Below the pieces are notes generated by a model that was not told the origin of the DNA, searched no databases, and was given only the letters and a program-made list of their open reading frames with translations. The position numbers were made by a program, and so were the translations under genes. Positions 1-10,128 of a stretch of DNA of 64,000 nt are shown here, piece after piece. Within the stretch, counting starts at the first letter, position 1, and each line of letters opens with the position of its first letter. This DNA is from Candidatus Omnitrophota bacterium (lineage in GTDB: Bacteria > Omnitrophota > Gorgyraeia > Zapsychrales > Zapsychraceae), in the NCBI GenBank assembly GCA_028280285.1, contig JANQMA010000011.1:58520-122519 (forward strand), in the 5' to 3' direction.

Positions 1-219
1 ATGAACAATAACCTCAGGCTGGATTGTTTCGATACACGACGTAATGCTTTTCTCATCGGTCAGCTGCATCACAACAACAGTAAAGGCACTACTCCAGGCG
101 GGAAAATTGTCTCTGGTTGTCGTCAAAACAATATCACAGGCAGGTTGCCGCTGTTTCAAATATGTTGCCAGACGCCCGCCCACATAACCCAAGCCTCCTG
201 TAATCAATATTTTCTTCAT
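1..219 (-). CDS. NAD-dependent epimerase/dehydratase (SDR), N-terminal part; truncated by window edge
   Basis: Manual minus-strand translation from ATG at 219 gives MKKILITGGLGYVGGRLATYL, a Rossmann GxxGxxG motif; not in the ORF track because it runs off the window. Confidence 0.85.
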   Translation of the reverse strand, partial: MKKILITGGLGYVGGRLATYLKQRQPACDIVLTTTRDNFPAWSSAFTVVVMQLTDEKSITSCIETIQPEVIVH

Positions 220-222
220 AAA

Positions 223-663
223 TCACACATTCCAAGAGTAGGGAATATTTTTATCATCTAACGAAAGTGTTTCAGATTCTTGCGGTGAATGGGGCAAATC
301 CGCGCAATTCGCAATGATGGCCTTGGTATCCCCTAACGCTTTAAATGCGTATATAACTCCTGGCGGGATACGCACCAGTTGATAATGATCAACACCGATT
401 GTTATTTCTTGCACTTGACTTTTGGTCGAGGACTGGTCCCTTGCGTCATACAAGACAAGCTGTATATTACCTTCAACAACGGCAAAATTTTGTGTTTGCT
501 CACTATGCTTCTTCCACCCTTTAATGATGCCCGGATTAACGACAGAAAAATAAATTTCGCCAAACTGTGTAAAATGCCCGGCATCGTTTCTAAGCATATG
601 CATCACAGCGCCCCTGTCATCAGCAATAACTTTAAGCGGTTCAATCAAAATACCCTCAATCAT
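223..663 (-). CDS. NDP-4-keto-6-deoxyhexose 3,5-epimerase family (RmlC-like cupin)
   Basis: DDRG, GWKKH and IPPGVIYAFKAL cupin motifs; ATG at 663 overlaps the upstream stop (ATGA). Confidence 0.85.
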   Translation of the reverse strand: MIEGILIEPLKVIADDRGAVMHMLRNDAGHFTQFGEIYFSVVNPGIIKGWKKHSEQTQNFAVVEGNIQLVLYDARDQSSTKSQVQEITIGVDHYQLVRIPPGVIYAFKALGDTKAIIANCADLPHSPQESETLSLDDKNIPYSWNV

Positions 664-1766
664 GCCTTCACCCACCTTAGTTTTTTTGCTGATGCTTTGG
701 CAACATAGTCATTAATTTGTCCGACCGTTAATTCATAAATATCTTCTGTATTGCCGTAAAAACGTTTATACCAATCGGCTGTAAACTGTATCGTCTCTGA
801 AAAGTTAAGCGTCGGCGCCCATGCCAAATCCTTATGCGATTTTTCAATCGATAGCTTAAGCAGTTTGGCTTCCTTCATATTGCCTTCAAGAGGTTCATGC
901 ACCCAACCCCCTTTGCCCCAAAATTTAAGAAATTCATCAGCCAACTCGCCTACCGATTTGACCTCCCCACTATCAGGGCCAAAATTATAAGACTCTCCAT
1001 TCCCTTTGCCAGAATTTAAAAGTTCTGCCGCAAGCCACAAATACCCACTGAGTGGTTCCAGCACATGCTGCCAGGGACGCGTGGCATCGGGTTTACGGAT
1101 AACAGGTTTATCATTTTTGCTCCATGCCCGCACGCAATCCGGCACAATCCGGTCGCGGGCCCAGTCACCACCGCCAATCACATTGCCCGCACGGGCCGCC
1201 GCCACTTTCAATGTAGCGGAGTGCTGATAAAACGATCTAAAGTAGGAACTAAACGCAATCTCCGCACACGCCTTAGAGGCGCTATATGGATCAGCGCCGC
1301 CCAATTGATCTGACTCTTTATAGCCGACATCTAAACCAACATTCTCATAACACTTATCACTGGTGACAATCACTGCCGCCTGCACATAGTCGCGCGTGCG
1401 CAGTAAGTCCAAAACATTGACCGTGCCACCTAAATTCACATCAAATGTTTCTTTGGGATCATCATAAGACGCGCGCACAATCGGTTGGGCTGCCATATGA
1501 AAAACAATGTGCGGTTTAAAATCATCTACCGTTTTTACTAAAAATGAATTATCACGCACATCCCCCATAACATGGGTGATTTTTGACTCGATGTCCAACA
1601 CTTCAAAATGATTAGGATCTGACGGCAAATATTTAGAATAACCCAAAACTTCCGCGCCCAGTTCGAGTAACCACGTGGTGAGCCATGAACCCTTAAACCC
1701 GGTGTGGCCTGTTACTAAAACACGCTTATTTTTATATATATTATTGAATATCTGTAAATTATTCAT
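660..1766 (-). CDS. rfbG: CDP-glucose 4,6-dehydratase
   Basis: VLVTGHTGFKGSWL, TSDKCYEN, DPYSASK, RAGNVIGGGDW, ATRPWQHVLEPL. Confidence 0.95.
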   Translation of the reverse strand: MNNLQIFNNIYKNKRVLVTGHTGFKGSWLTTWLLELGAEVLGYSKYLPSDPNHFEVLDIESKITHVMGDVRDNSFLVKTVDDFKPHIVFHMAAQPIVRASYDDPKETFDVNLGGTVNVLDLLRTRDYVQAAVIVTSDKCYENVGLDVGYKESDQLGGADPYSASKACAEIAFSSYFRSFYQHSATLKVAAARAGNVIGGGDWARDRIVPDCVRAWSKNDKPVIRKPDATRPWQHVLEPLSGYLWLAAELLNSGKGNGESYNFGPDSGEVKSVGELADEFLKFWGKGGWVHEPLEGNMKEAKLLKLSIEKSHKDLAWAPTLNFSETIQFTADWYKRFYGNTEDIYELTVGQINDYVAKASAKKLRWVKA

Positions 1767-1767
1767 T

Positions 1768-2754
1768 TTAACTCTTACGTAACAAAAAAGTTTTTTTGAT
1801 CCATTGCAAAATATTTTTACACCATTTCACTGTTATATTTGATTGTCCCAGGTCAAAAAACGTTGATTGTTTTTTGTATCGCAGAGGATCATTGCATTGT
1901 TTCTTTTGCGCAAGAATTGATAAAATCGTTACATTAACACTACCCGGTAATTTTTCATACGACGTTGATAAACATTCAAATCCGTTTTCCTCCAGGAGCC
2001 GCATCATGGCCCGTCTTGAAAAATACGTAAAATGCGTAACATCAATGGGAAGATTTCGCCCCCGCCACTTCAAAAAGAATAGCCAAAAAAATACTGTCCC
2101 TATATCATAAGGCACCTCCACATAAAGTAAGCCATCTTCTTTTAGAACATTGTGAAGATTCTTTACTTCTTTTTTCAAATCAACGCAATGCGCTAAAACA
2201 TCGCAAAAAAGAACCAGATCGACGCCTTCCGCGCAAGCAACGTCAGACGCCCATACATCTTTTTTTAAAACTTTTGGACTACATGATTGCCGTGGAATAG
2301 GGTCTAAAACAGTGCATTGATACCTTTCTTCTGCTAAATCTTTAAGCATAAATCCATCACGTCCTCCGATGTCATAAATTGTCTCTATCTTATAGTTATA
2401 TTTTTTTTCAGTATGTTTCACCATGTCATAGATGCGCTTTGAATACATGGATAAAAAATTTTGATCGGCATAAACGAATGTGTCCAAATGACGAATACGC
2501 TCCTCCAAAAGAAAATAGGATTGACTATAAATTTGATGCAGCTCTTCTTCATCAAAAAATTTACTATTATAAAAAAGACGGCAGGGTAAACAGCAGGATA
2601 TCTCACCTTTTGGTTGGGCTTGATTGGTTACTTTAAGCAATATTTCATCAATCTCAATATCTGCAATAACTCCATTTCCTGAAGGTTTTATATTAAACGG
2701 AAATGAAAATGATGGTTTTTTATGACAAACAGGACAAACAGCATACTTCTTCAT
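1768..2754 (-). CDS. Class I SAM-dependent methyltransferase with N-terminal Cys pairs
   Basis: CPVC...CLPC at the N-terminus, IYDIGGRDG motif I, LKEDGLLYVEVP, HFTYFS. Confidence 0.75.
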   Translation of the reverse strand: MKKYAVCPVCHKKPSFSFPFNIKPSGNGVIADIEIDEILLKVTNQAQPKGEISCCLPCRLFYNSKFFDEEELHQIYSQSYFLLEERIRHLDTFVYADQNFLSMYSKRIYDMVKHTEKKYNYKIETIYDIGGRDGFMLKDLAEERYQCTVLDPIPRQSCSPKVLKKDVWASDVACAEGVDLVLFCDVLAHCVDLKKEVKNLHNVLKEDGLLYVEVPYDIGTVFFWLFFLKWRGRNLPIDVTHFTYFSRRAMMRLLEENGFECLSTSYEKLPGSVNVTILSILAQKKQCNDPLRYKKQSTFFDLGQSNITVKWCKNILQWIKKTFLLRKS

Positions 2755-2796
2755 TGGTACTCCTAACCGGTTAAAATCTTTAATTGTTTTTTGATA

Positions 2797-3570
2797 CTAC
2801 CACTTTATCCAGGACGCATTATTGGTTTCATATAAATTTTGAAGAAATTTATAATCCCGGAAAGTATCCATGCACTGCCAAAATCCGTTGTGAACATAAA
2901 CATTCAATTCCTGGTCCTTAGCAAGATTCTGCAAAGGATCCCGTTCCAAAACACATGTTTCATCGTCAGTTAAGTAATCAAAAATCTTTTTATTAAAAAC
3001 AAAGTACCCGCCGGAGATAGAACTGGTATGATTTCTCGGCTTTTCACTGAAGGAGACCACCTTATCGCCTTCAATAGCTAATTCACCGTATTGTGAAACA
3101 GGCGCAACGCCTGTCACCGTTCCGAGTTTATCATGCGACCGGTGATATTTAACCAATTCAGTAATATCTAAATCAATAACACCGTCACCATATGTCAGCA
3201 TGAATTCGTCCCCATCAATATATTTTTCAATCCGTTTAACACGTGCACCCGTCATGGCGTTTTCACCGGTATCAACCAGTGTCACCTTCCAGTCAGATTC
3301 CATGTGACGTGGATGAATAACAATCTCACTCTTTCCAAACTCTACGGTAAAATCATTAGTGATCATTTCATATTCATAAAAAAACCGGCGGACAACCTCT
3401 CCCTTATAACCTAAACATAAAATAAAATCGGTATACCCATAATGCGCATACGTCTTCATGATGTGCCATAAAATCGGCATCCCGCCGATCTCAACCATTG
3501 GTTTCGGCTTGACTTCCGTTTCTTCCCTAAGGCGTGTGCCTTGGCCGCCACACAATATGACAACTTTCAT
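2797..3570 (-). CDS. rfbF: Glucose-1-phosphate cytidylyltransferase
   Basis: LCGGQGTRLREETEVKPKPMVEIG, TYGDGV, GFWQCMDT. Confidence 0.95.
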   Translation of the reverse strand: MKVVILCGGQGTRLREETEVKPKPMVEIGGMPILWHIMKTYAHYGYTDFILCLGYKGEVVRRFFYEYEMITNDFTVEFGKSEIVIHPRHMESDWKVTLVDTGENAMTGARVKRIEKYIDGDEFMLTYGDGVIDLDITELVKYHRSHDKLGTVTGVAPVSQYGELAIEGDKVVSFSEKPRNHTSSISGGYFVFNKKIFDYLTDDETCVLERDPLQNLAKDQELNVYVHNGFWQCMDTFRDYKFLQNLYETNNASWIKW

Positions 3571-3579
3571 AATAGTATC

Positions 3580-4704
3580 CTATTTAATAATTTCTTTAAC
3601 AGATTGAATGATGTACTCTACTTCCGCATCTGTAAGCTGCGGATAAAGCGGCAATGTGATCGTCGCATCACCGATAAATTCACAATTCGGAAAATCCCCA
3701 CGCACATATTCATATTTGTTTCGATAATAACTCATTAAATGAATAGAACGATAGTTAACAGCAACACCAATTTCAGCATCTTGAAGCGCATGTAAATATT
3801 CATCCCGTTTATTAGGATCGACCCAAATAGTATACAGGTGATACGCAGACTTTGATCCATCAACAACAGCAGGTAAACGAATATCTTTAATTTGACTAAA
3901 GGCCTTGTTGTATTTTTCTGTAATTATTCGGCGCTTTTCAAGAAAAGTGTCAATCGAATCCATCTGATGAACTAAAAGAGCGGCGGCAATATTGTTCATA
4001 TTGCATTTAAATCCCAAAAACTCCATATCGTAATGCTTGTATAATTTAGAATACCGGTCGGCCGCATCCGCGCTCATTCCATGCATCCTTGCCTTAATAA
4101 ACCACGCGTAAGCTTCTTTATCATGACATGTGATGGCCCCACCCTCTCCTGAGGTAATACTTTTTGTCGCATAAAAAGAAAAGCAGGCCATATTCGGCGC
4201 TGCTCCTATAGGTACACCATCACGCTCGCTTTCCAGACAATGCGCGCTGTCTTCAATAACTTTTACATTATGTTTTTGGGCAATCGCATTGATGCGTTTC
4301 ATATCACACATCTGCCCGTATAAATGGACCGGTAAAATCGCCTTAGTCCGCTCCGAAATTTTACCTGCAATCAACTCAGCATCAATATTGCCGGTAGATG
4401 CTTCAACATCGACAAAGACAGGTTTCGCTCCACAAGCCTCAATCGCATTGGCCGTGGCGATAAACGACATCGGTGTTGTAATAACTTCATCCCCCGGACC
4501 TATGCCGTAATAATGAAGACATAACTCCAACGCATTGGTCCCTGAACTTAACCCCACCGCATAAGAGGCGTTTAAATAGGCAGCTAACTTATCTTCGAAG
4601 GTCTTGGTCCACTCACCCGTCGTTAAAAAAAGTCCGTCCAGGACCTTACGTACTTCATCCTTATCTTTATCAGATAAATTATGCCTATAAAATTCAATTT
4701 TCAC
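3580..4704 (-). CDS. DegT/DnrJ/EryC1/StrS sugar aminotransferase
   Basis: PVHLYGQMCDM, IEDSAH, FSFYATKSITSGEGG (PLP lysine). Confidence 0.92.
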   Translation of the reverse strand: MKIEFYRHNLSDKDKDEVRKVLDGLFLTTGEWTKTFEDKLAAYLNASYAVGLSSGTNALELCLHYYGIGPGDEVITTPMSFIATANAIEACGAKPVFVDVEASTGNIDAELIAGKISERTKAILPVHLYGQMCDMKRINAIAQKHNVKVIEDSAHCLESERDGVPIGAAPNMACFSFYATKSITSGEGGAITCHDKEAYAWFIKARMHGMSADAADRYSKLYKHYDMEFLGFKCNMNNIAAALLVHQMDSIDTFLEKRRIITEKYNKAFSQIKDIRLPAVVDGSKSAYHLYTIWVDPNKRDEYLHALQDAEIGVAVNYRSIHLMSYYRNKYEYVRGDFPNCEFIGDATITLPLYPQLTDAEVEYIIQSVKEIIK

Positions 4705-4779
4705 GATTAAGTGTTTCTGAAATGTGTATGGTGCACTTTATTATGAAATACATGGAGAAGAAGAACGCTTCAGATGTGT

Positions 4780-6732
4780 TTAGTTAGGACTAACGGTCTC
4801 TGAAACAACCTCTCTTACAGGAATATTGTCTTCGATACTCTTCTTGGCCGCAGTACGCATTTTCAATCTTTTATTTCCATAGCTACTGCGTAGTTTAGCG
4901 TCAATGAGTTTTTGAAATTGAAAGGTCGCGTTAATTTTCTTATTGATATGCTTCCATCCAATGATCCTATGGAAAATGTTACGTAATTTCAATTTCCAGC
5001 CGGCCAATCCAGTTTGACGGAAGACCTCCAGCTGCTCCAAACTTTCAATATTGTCTTTGATCGACGTTAAAATAAACGTCTCTTCAAAATTATCACCATA
5101 CGGTAAAAGCTCAACGAGCGGCGGAAAAACATACTGCTGTTCAAGCGGTGTAAAATCACCGGTCTCTATCGCGTGCATCTTTAATTCTATCTCTTCTGTC
5201 CGGTCTTCCGGTTTAATTAATCCATACTCAATCTTAGCATTGTCGTATTCCTTGCTGACAAAGTAATATTCAAATAACAGTTTGTGCTTGTTAGGAAGTT
5301 CCTCGACGTTAAACAGATTATCTAATTTAAACTTTTTGGCAAGTTGACAAAACTCCTCGAAACGTTCCATACGTTTCAAATATGTGCTATTCCCGTCTAA
5401 ACTCTCCCAAAACAAATGCCCCTTGGCTAAATCAATACCATGTTTTTCCGGATCAGCATGTCCCGCCGATCCCGGATAATACTCACAAAAATTAAGTGAA
5501 GGATTAACCATGCTAAACGACTTTTTATTTTCAACGAGAAATTTAATCAAATATTGAAAATCATCCTCCGTCTCCGTTGGAAGACCAAACATAATGTTAA
5601 CGCTCACATAAAGCCCGGCCTTTTTCCCTTCACGCAACACAGCTCCGATGTCCACATCCTTACACAGGTTCTTGCCAACCTCGGCTAATAGACGCAGCGA
5701 AGGCGTTTCCATCCCATATCCAAGAAGTGTGCAGCCCGCTTTTTTAAGCTTTTTATAAAGCGGTGTGCGCATCTCTTTACGGATAACGGCATTTTCTAAA
5801 TTCCATTCAATCTCTTTATTCAAGCCTGATTCAATCATCATATCGCAAAATTTCTCCAACTCACCGATTTTTGAGTTCGAGATATTATCACACATGCGTA
5901 AATAATTTAAGTTCGGATATTTGGCCTTTTGATATTTCACCTCTTCGAACAACCGCTCAGCTGAACGCACGCGGAATGTTTTCATAAAACCGATCGCGCT
6001 GCAGTAGTTGCATTTATTCACACACCCGCGCGTCGTATAGGTTGGCAGCGCATTAGGCTGATCATAATAACTGAATTCAAAATCATCAAAATCAGGAAAA
6101 GGCAGTGAGTCTAGCTTCTTAATAAATTCCGCGTGAGGTCCCCGGATAACCTTTCCGTTATGTTTATAAACAAACCCCGGAACGGCTTGACCTTCCTGAC
6201 CATTTAAGACCATTTTCATAAACCCGAGAAGCGCATTCTCTCCTTCATCCTGGCTGACCGCGTCAATATAATCACGGGAAAGTAAGCTGTCAGTATTTTT
6301 CATAAAACTGGCAACATCAGGCCCGCCCAGCATATGAATATAACCAGGAAAGATATTACGTAAATCTTCTAAAAATATTTCTGCTAAAATACGGGAAGAA
6401 CATTGGCAAGAACAGGCCACAACCAACGGGTTTAAATCACGAATGCGCTGCATAAACTCAAGGAAAATCGCGCGGTTATTTTTGTAGTACTCATACATTG
6501 CTTCCTGATCCATGCAATAGTTGTACCCCTGCGCCATATCCCAATAAAATCTATATTTCTTGCCACCCAAATTATACGCGTGCGCGTTAATATCTAAGAT
6601 CTTACACTTGATATCGTTTTCCGCTAAAAAACTTTTTAGCAAAGCCGGCCCTAACGGCGGGCACCCTACGCCCCAAAAAGGCATTTGGATCAAAACAATA
6701 TCTGCTTCACGTGTTTCAGTTGATCTTTTCAT
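4780..6732 (-). CDS. B12-binding radical SAM enzyme (class B methyltransferase-like)
   Basis: PPLGPALLKS and LGGP in the cobalamin-binding domain; TRGCVNKCNYC (CxxxCxxC); GMET; MFGLPTETEDD. Confidence 0.88.
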   Translation of the reverse strand: MKRSTETREADIVLIQMPFWGVGCPPLGPALLKSFLAENDIKCKILDINAHAYNLGGKKYRFYWDMAQGYNYCMDQEAMYEYYKNNRAIFLEFMQRIRDLNPLVVACSCQCSSRILAEIFLEDLRNIFPGYIHMLGGPDVASFMKNTDSLLSRDYIDAVSQDEGENALLGFMKMVLNGQEGQAVPGFVYKHNGKVIRGPHAEFIKKLDSLPFPDFDDFEFSYYDQPNALPTYTTRGCVNKCNYCSAIGFMKTFRVRSAERLFEEVKYQKAKYPNLNYLRMCDNISNSKIGELEKFCDMMIESGLNKEIEWNLENAVIRKEMRTPLYKKLKKAGCTLLGYGMETPSLRLLAEVGKNLCKDVDIGAVLREGKKAGLYVSVNIMFGLPTETEDDFQYLIKFLVENKKSFSMVNPSLNFCEYYPGSAGHADPEKHGIDLAKGHLFWESLDGNSTYLKRMERFEEFCQLAKKFKLDNLFNVEELPNKHKLLFEYYFVSKEYDNAKIEYGLIKPEDRTEEIELKMHAIETGDFTPLEQQYVFPPLVELLPYGDNFEETFILTSIKDNIESLEQLEVFRQTGLAGWKLKLRNIFHRIIGWKHINKKINATFQFQKLIDAKLRSSYGNKRLKMRTAAKKSIEDNIPVREVVSETVSPN

Positions 6733-6803
6733 AATTTTCCTCGAATATAATAAATATTAATTAGAAATATTAAACCTGAATATCTATCTTGATCTGATTA
6801 GTA

Positions 6804-6831
6804 ATTATAGCACAGGCTATTATAGACTCAA
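6804..6831 (-). promoter_or_regulatory. Putative internal sigma70 promoter upstream of the radical SAM gene
   Basis: Minus strand reads TTGAGT-16 bp-TATAAT with an extended -10 TGn, in a 129-bp AT-rich gap. Confidence 0.5.
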
Positions 6832-6861
6832 CTTATTATGCAATAATTACTTAGAGCCCTA

Positions 6862-7893
6862 TTAATGCATTTCTACCTTCCCACTGGTGGTATGGATAGG
6901 CACATGTTTCATCCATTCCAGGGCCTCCCACCACTGCGGATTATCCTGGTACCATTGGATTGTTTTCGTAAGTCCTTCTTCCACAGTGGTTTTCGCTTCC
7001 CAGCCCAGCAAATCCTTCGCCTTTTGGGTGGTTGCCTTATGCAGGGCCACCTGCCCCGGGCGATTGCCGATATAATCAATCAGATCCTCGGGTTTGCCCA
7101 ACTGTTTGAGAATAATCTTAGCCATATCCAATACACTGACGGCTTCACCGGTCCCGATATTGATAATCTCATTTTTAATCGCATCAAAATCCTTGATATG
7201 GAGCGCCGCATCAATCGCCTGGCAATGATCTTCGACATAAATCCAGTCGCGCTTGGCTCCGCCATCGCCATGAACAGTCAACTTTTCATCTTTGAGTGCG
7301 CTTGTAATAAAACGCGGTGTCATTTTTTCTAAATGCTGGCGGGCTCCGTAATTATTAAACGGACGCAAAATAACCGCCGGCAGATCATGACAAGACCAAT
7401 AAGAGTAAACCAAACGATCGGCTCCGGCTTTAGCACCGGCATAAGGGGACAGTGGATTTAAAATATCTTCCTCACTGATAATCTCCCCTGCCGCCGTTCC
7501 ATATACCTCAGATGTTGAAATATGAATGAAGCGTTCGATATGATCATATTTAAGCAGCGCATTCATCATTGTTTGCGTGCCGATCACGTCCGTATCAAAA
7601 AACTTGGTATTATCAAAAATCGAACGCGCCACGTGTGTTTCAGCGGCCAGATGCACAACATGCGTTGCCTTGGCCATCAGTTCATTGACAATATACGGAT
7701 TGGTGACATCCCCGTACCAAAACTCAAAACGCCCTGAATCCCGGATTTCTTTGGAAATGTTTTTTTCATTACCCGCGTAGGTTAACGAATCCAAAACAAT
7801 GAAATGGTATTTCTTATATTTTGTAAATAAATAATCCAATAAATTACTGCCGATAAAACCAGCCGCGCCCGTTAATAAAATCGTTTTTTTCAT
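6862..7893 (-). CDS. rfbB: dTDP-glucose 4,6-dehydratase-like SDR
   Basis: TGAAGFIGSN, DSLTYAGN, HLAAETHV, HISTSEVYG, PYAGAK, RPFNNYG. Confidence 0.8.
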   Translation of the reverse strand: MKKTILLTGAAGFIGSNLLDYLFTKYKKYHFIVLDSLTYAGNEKNISKEIRDSGRFEFWYGDVTNPYIVNELMAKATHVVHLAAETHVARSIFDNTKFFDTDVIGTQTMMNALLKYDHIERFIHISTSEVYGTAAGEIISEEDILNPLSPYAGAKAGADRLVYSYWSCHDLPAVILRPFNNYGARQHLEKMTPRFITSALKDEKLTVHGDGGAKRDWIYVEDHCQAIDAALHIKDFDAIKNEIINIGTGEAVSVLDMAKIILKQLGKPEDLIDYIGNRPGQVALHKATTQKAKDLLGWEAKTTVEEGLTKTIQWYQDNPQWWEALEWMKHVPIHTTSGKVEMH

Positions 7894-7912
7894 TTGTTTT
7901 ACCTTTTTTCAA

Positions 7913-8845
7913 TCAAGTTAGAACAGCGTTTGTATTAACAATACTACTTAGTTTAAGAAATTTATCGCTTGCGTATGCATAAGCCACCTGCAATACGCGC
8001 AAGACACCATCACTTGTTGCGACATCACCATAATCATCATTTAATTCAATAATCATCCCCGGAGATTCATTACTTGTATAACCGGCTATCTCCGCCTGCC
8101 AAATAATAATTTTCTCGTCATTATAAAAAAAGAATGCCCCGGGATAAGGAAATGACAAAGCTCTAATCAAATTCCAATTCGCTTTGGCCGGCTCATTAAA
8201 ATTAAGCCGCCCATCTTCAGGCCGCCGGCGTTTTAAATAAGTTGCCTGAGTATGATCTTGTTTGATGCGCTTGTTGGTTCCATTAATAATGGCCTCTAAA
8301 TTATTTAAAATAATTTTCGGATATAGAGGTGTAATTTTTTCATTCAACGTTGTTGCGGTTTCATCGGGGGCGATATCAATGCTCATCTGATCGACGATAT
8401 CTCCTGCGTCAACGGCTTCATTGATATAGAACAATGTCACACCGGAGGTTTTTTCTTCATTAATAATCGCCCAATTCGTTGGAGCAAATCCGCGGTTTTT
8501 TGGCAGTAAAGAATCGTGCAAGACAAAAATCCCCTGCGCCGGAATTGCAAAACAATCGTTATTAATCAGATAACGCCAACCGACAACAAAGACAATATCA
8601 ACATCACATCGTTGTAAATAGTCACTGTAATCTTCGGGTTTAATTCTGTCCGAGGTTTCGCACAGAATATTGTTTTGTTCACACAAAGCTATAATATCTT
8701 CTGTTTTATTATTCAATTCGTGCGCCTCTTGTTTAAGAACAAACGCATGTGTGACAGCACAACCATCGTCAAGCAGTGCTTTTAAAACGACCAGCCCGCG
8801 TTCCCCGGCAAGAAACAATCCGATGTTTGACTGTTTATCACTCAC
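7913..8845 (-). CDS. Sugar N-formyltransferase (Fmt/ArnA-like)
   Basis: LHDSLLPKNRGFAPTNWAII, VDAGDI, RALSFPYPGAF; glycan-locus context. Confidence 0.85.
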   Translation of the reverse strand: MSDKQSNIGLFLAGERGLVVLKALLDDGCAVTHAFVLKQEAHELNNKTEDIIALCEQNNILCETSDRIKPEDYSDYLQRCDVDIVFVVGWRYLINNDCFAIPAQGIFVLHDSLLPKNRGFAPTNWAIINEEKTSGVTLFYINEAVDAGDIVDQMSIDIAPDETATTLNEKITPLYPKIILNNLEAIINGTNKRIKQDHTQATYLKRRRPEDGRLNFNEPAKANWNLIRALSFPYPGAFFFYNDEKIIIWQAEIAGYTSNESPGMIIELNDDYGDVATSDGVLRVLQVAYAYASDKFLKLSSIVNTNAVLT

Positions 8846-10128
8846 ACCATTAATTCCTTAAATAAATTTTTGTAATTTTCCGCATACTTTTCGGGCAGTA
8901 TTTTTTCCCGTGCCGCTTTAATATCAGTTTTGGCAACATCTTCTTCAAATTCAAACAAAGTCTGGTATAAGCCACGGCTGAAATCTTCCTCATCATAACA
9001 ATCAACAAGATAACCTGTTTGGGGTGATGTAATAAAATCCGGGGCTACGCCTCTGTTAAACGCGATCACACGGCTGCCGCACATAATCGCTTCATTGATC
9101 ACCATCGGTCCACAGTCATCTATAGAAGGACAGGCAAATATGTCACACGCCTGATAGGCCTTGACAATTTTACGGTTATCATCCAATAATCCTAAATTAA
9201 TCCACGGGCAACCGATTTGATCAGCGGCGAAACCATTGGCATTGCCAAACGTCACCAAGGCAAAGTTGTCTTTCTCCTCTGCAGAAAGTCTTTGCATAAG
9301 CAGTTTAAGCGCACCGAGAAGATGCTTGCCCCCTTTGCGTGGATCGTTTAGATTAAAACATCCATATAAAATAATTTTTTTATTGAGCGGAAGCCCTAAA
9401 TCTTCACGCGCTTGCGTTTTATCACCCATCATAAATTCTTTATCATTAATACCGATTAATATCTTCTCTATACGACGATTACGCGATAATAAACTTTTAT
9501 GACACTGCTCATGCGACCATGATGTGGGCGCGACAAAGGTGAGCGGGATATCAGCAAACATGCTCCGTTTTTCCTCCCAATGCTTCGCAATCACATCATT
9601 TCTTAATTGAACTCCGAGCTGTGGACACTCTTCACACTTTTCTTTAAACTTTTCACAGCCAGCATTAAAATGGCAACCACCCGTGAGTGGCTCAATATCC
9701 ATCGTTGTCCACACCATTGGTGTTTTAAAAACATCGTAGATCCGCCGGATAAGTCTTGCCGAAAGAAAATCCTGAACCGAATGCAAACAAATAATATCCG
9801 CGCCTTTTAGATAAGATCGCAACCGGTTAAAAGACACAGCCGGCAGATTAAAATTAATTAAAGTTTTAGGCTCGCATTTAAGCGTGTAATACTTGCGCCG
9901 CAACCTGTGGATCACCAGGTTGATATAATGCCAATGATATTTAAAGACATTTAAAACAGATTTAACCGGATGGCCTTTAACAAGCTCAACCACCTTCTCT
10001 ACTTTAGATTTTTTTCTATAAACAAGCATTTGGGAATCGCAACCGCAGGCATTAAGCGCCTGGTGAAGTGTCAAAACAGCACGGCCGGCCCCATCAAAAT
10101 CATTGTTTGTTAAATGGATTATTCGCAT
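8842..10128 (-). CDS. GT4 glycosyltransferase (WcaC-like)
   Basis: GAGRA, TGGCH...CEECPQL, RKGG, YQACDIFACPS...EAIMCG. Confidence 0.85.
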   Translation of the reverse strand: MRIIHLTNNDFDGAGRAVLTLHQALNACGCDSQMLVYRKKSKVEKVVELVKGHPVKSVLNVFKYHWHYINLVIHRLRRKYYTLKCEPKTLINFNLPAVSFNRLRSYLKGADIICLHSVQDFLSARLIRRIYDVFKTPMVWTTMDIEPLTGGCHFNAGCEKFKEKCEECPQLGVQLRNDVIAKHWEEKRSMFADIPLTFVAPTSWSHEQCHKSLLSRNRRIEKILIGINDKEFMMGDKTQAREDLGLPLNKKIILYGCFNLNDPRKGGKHLLGALKLLMQRLSAEEKDNFALVTFGNANGFAADQIGCPWINLGLLDDNRKIVKAYQACDIFACPSIDDCGPMVINEAIMCGSRVIAFNRGVAPDFITSPQTGYLVDCYDEEDFSRGLYQTLFEFEEDVAKTDIKAAREKILPEKYAENYKNLFKELMV

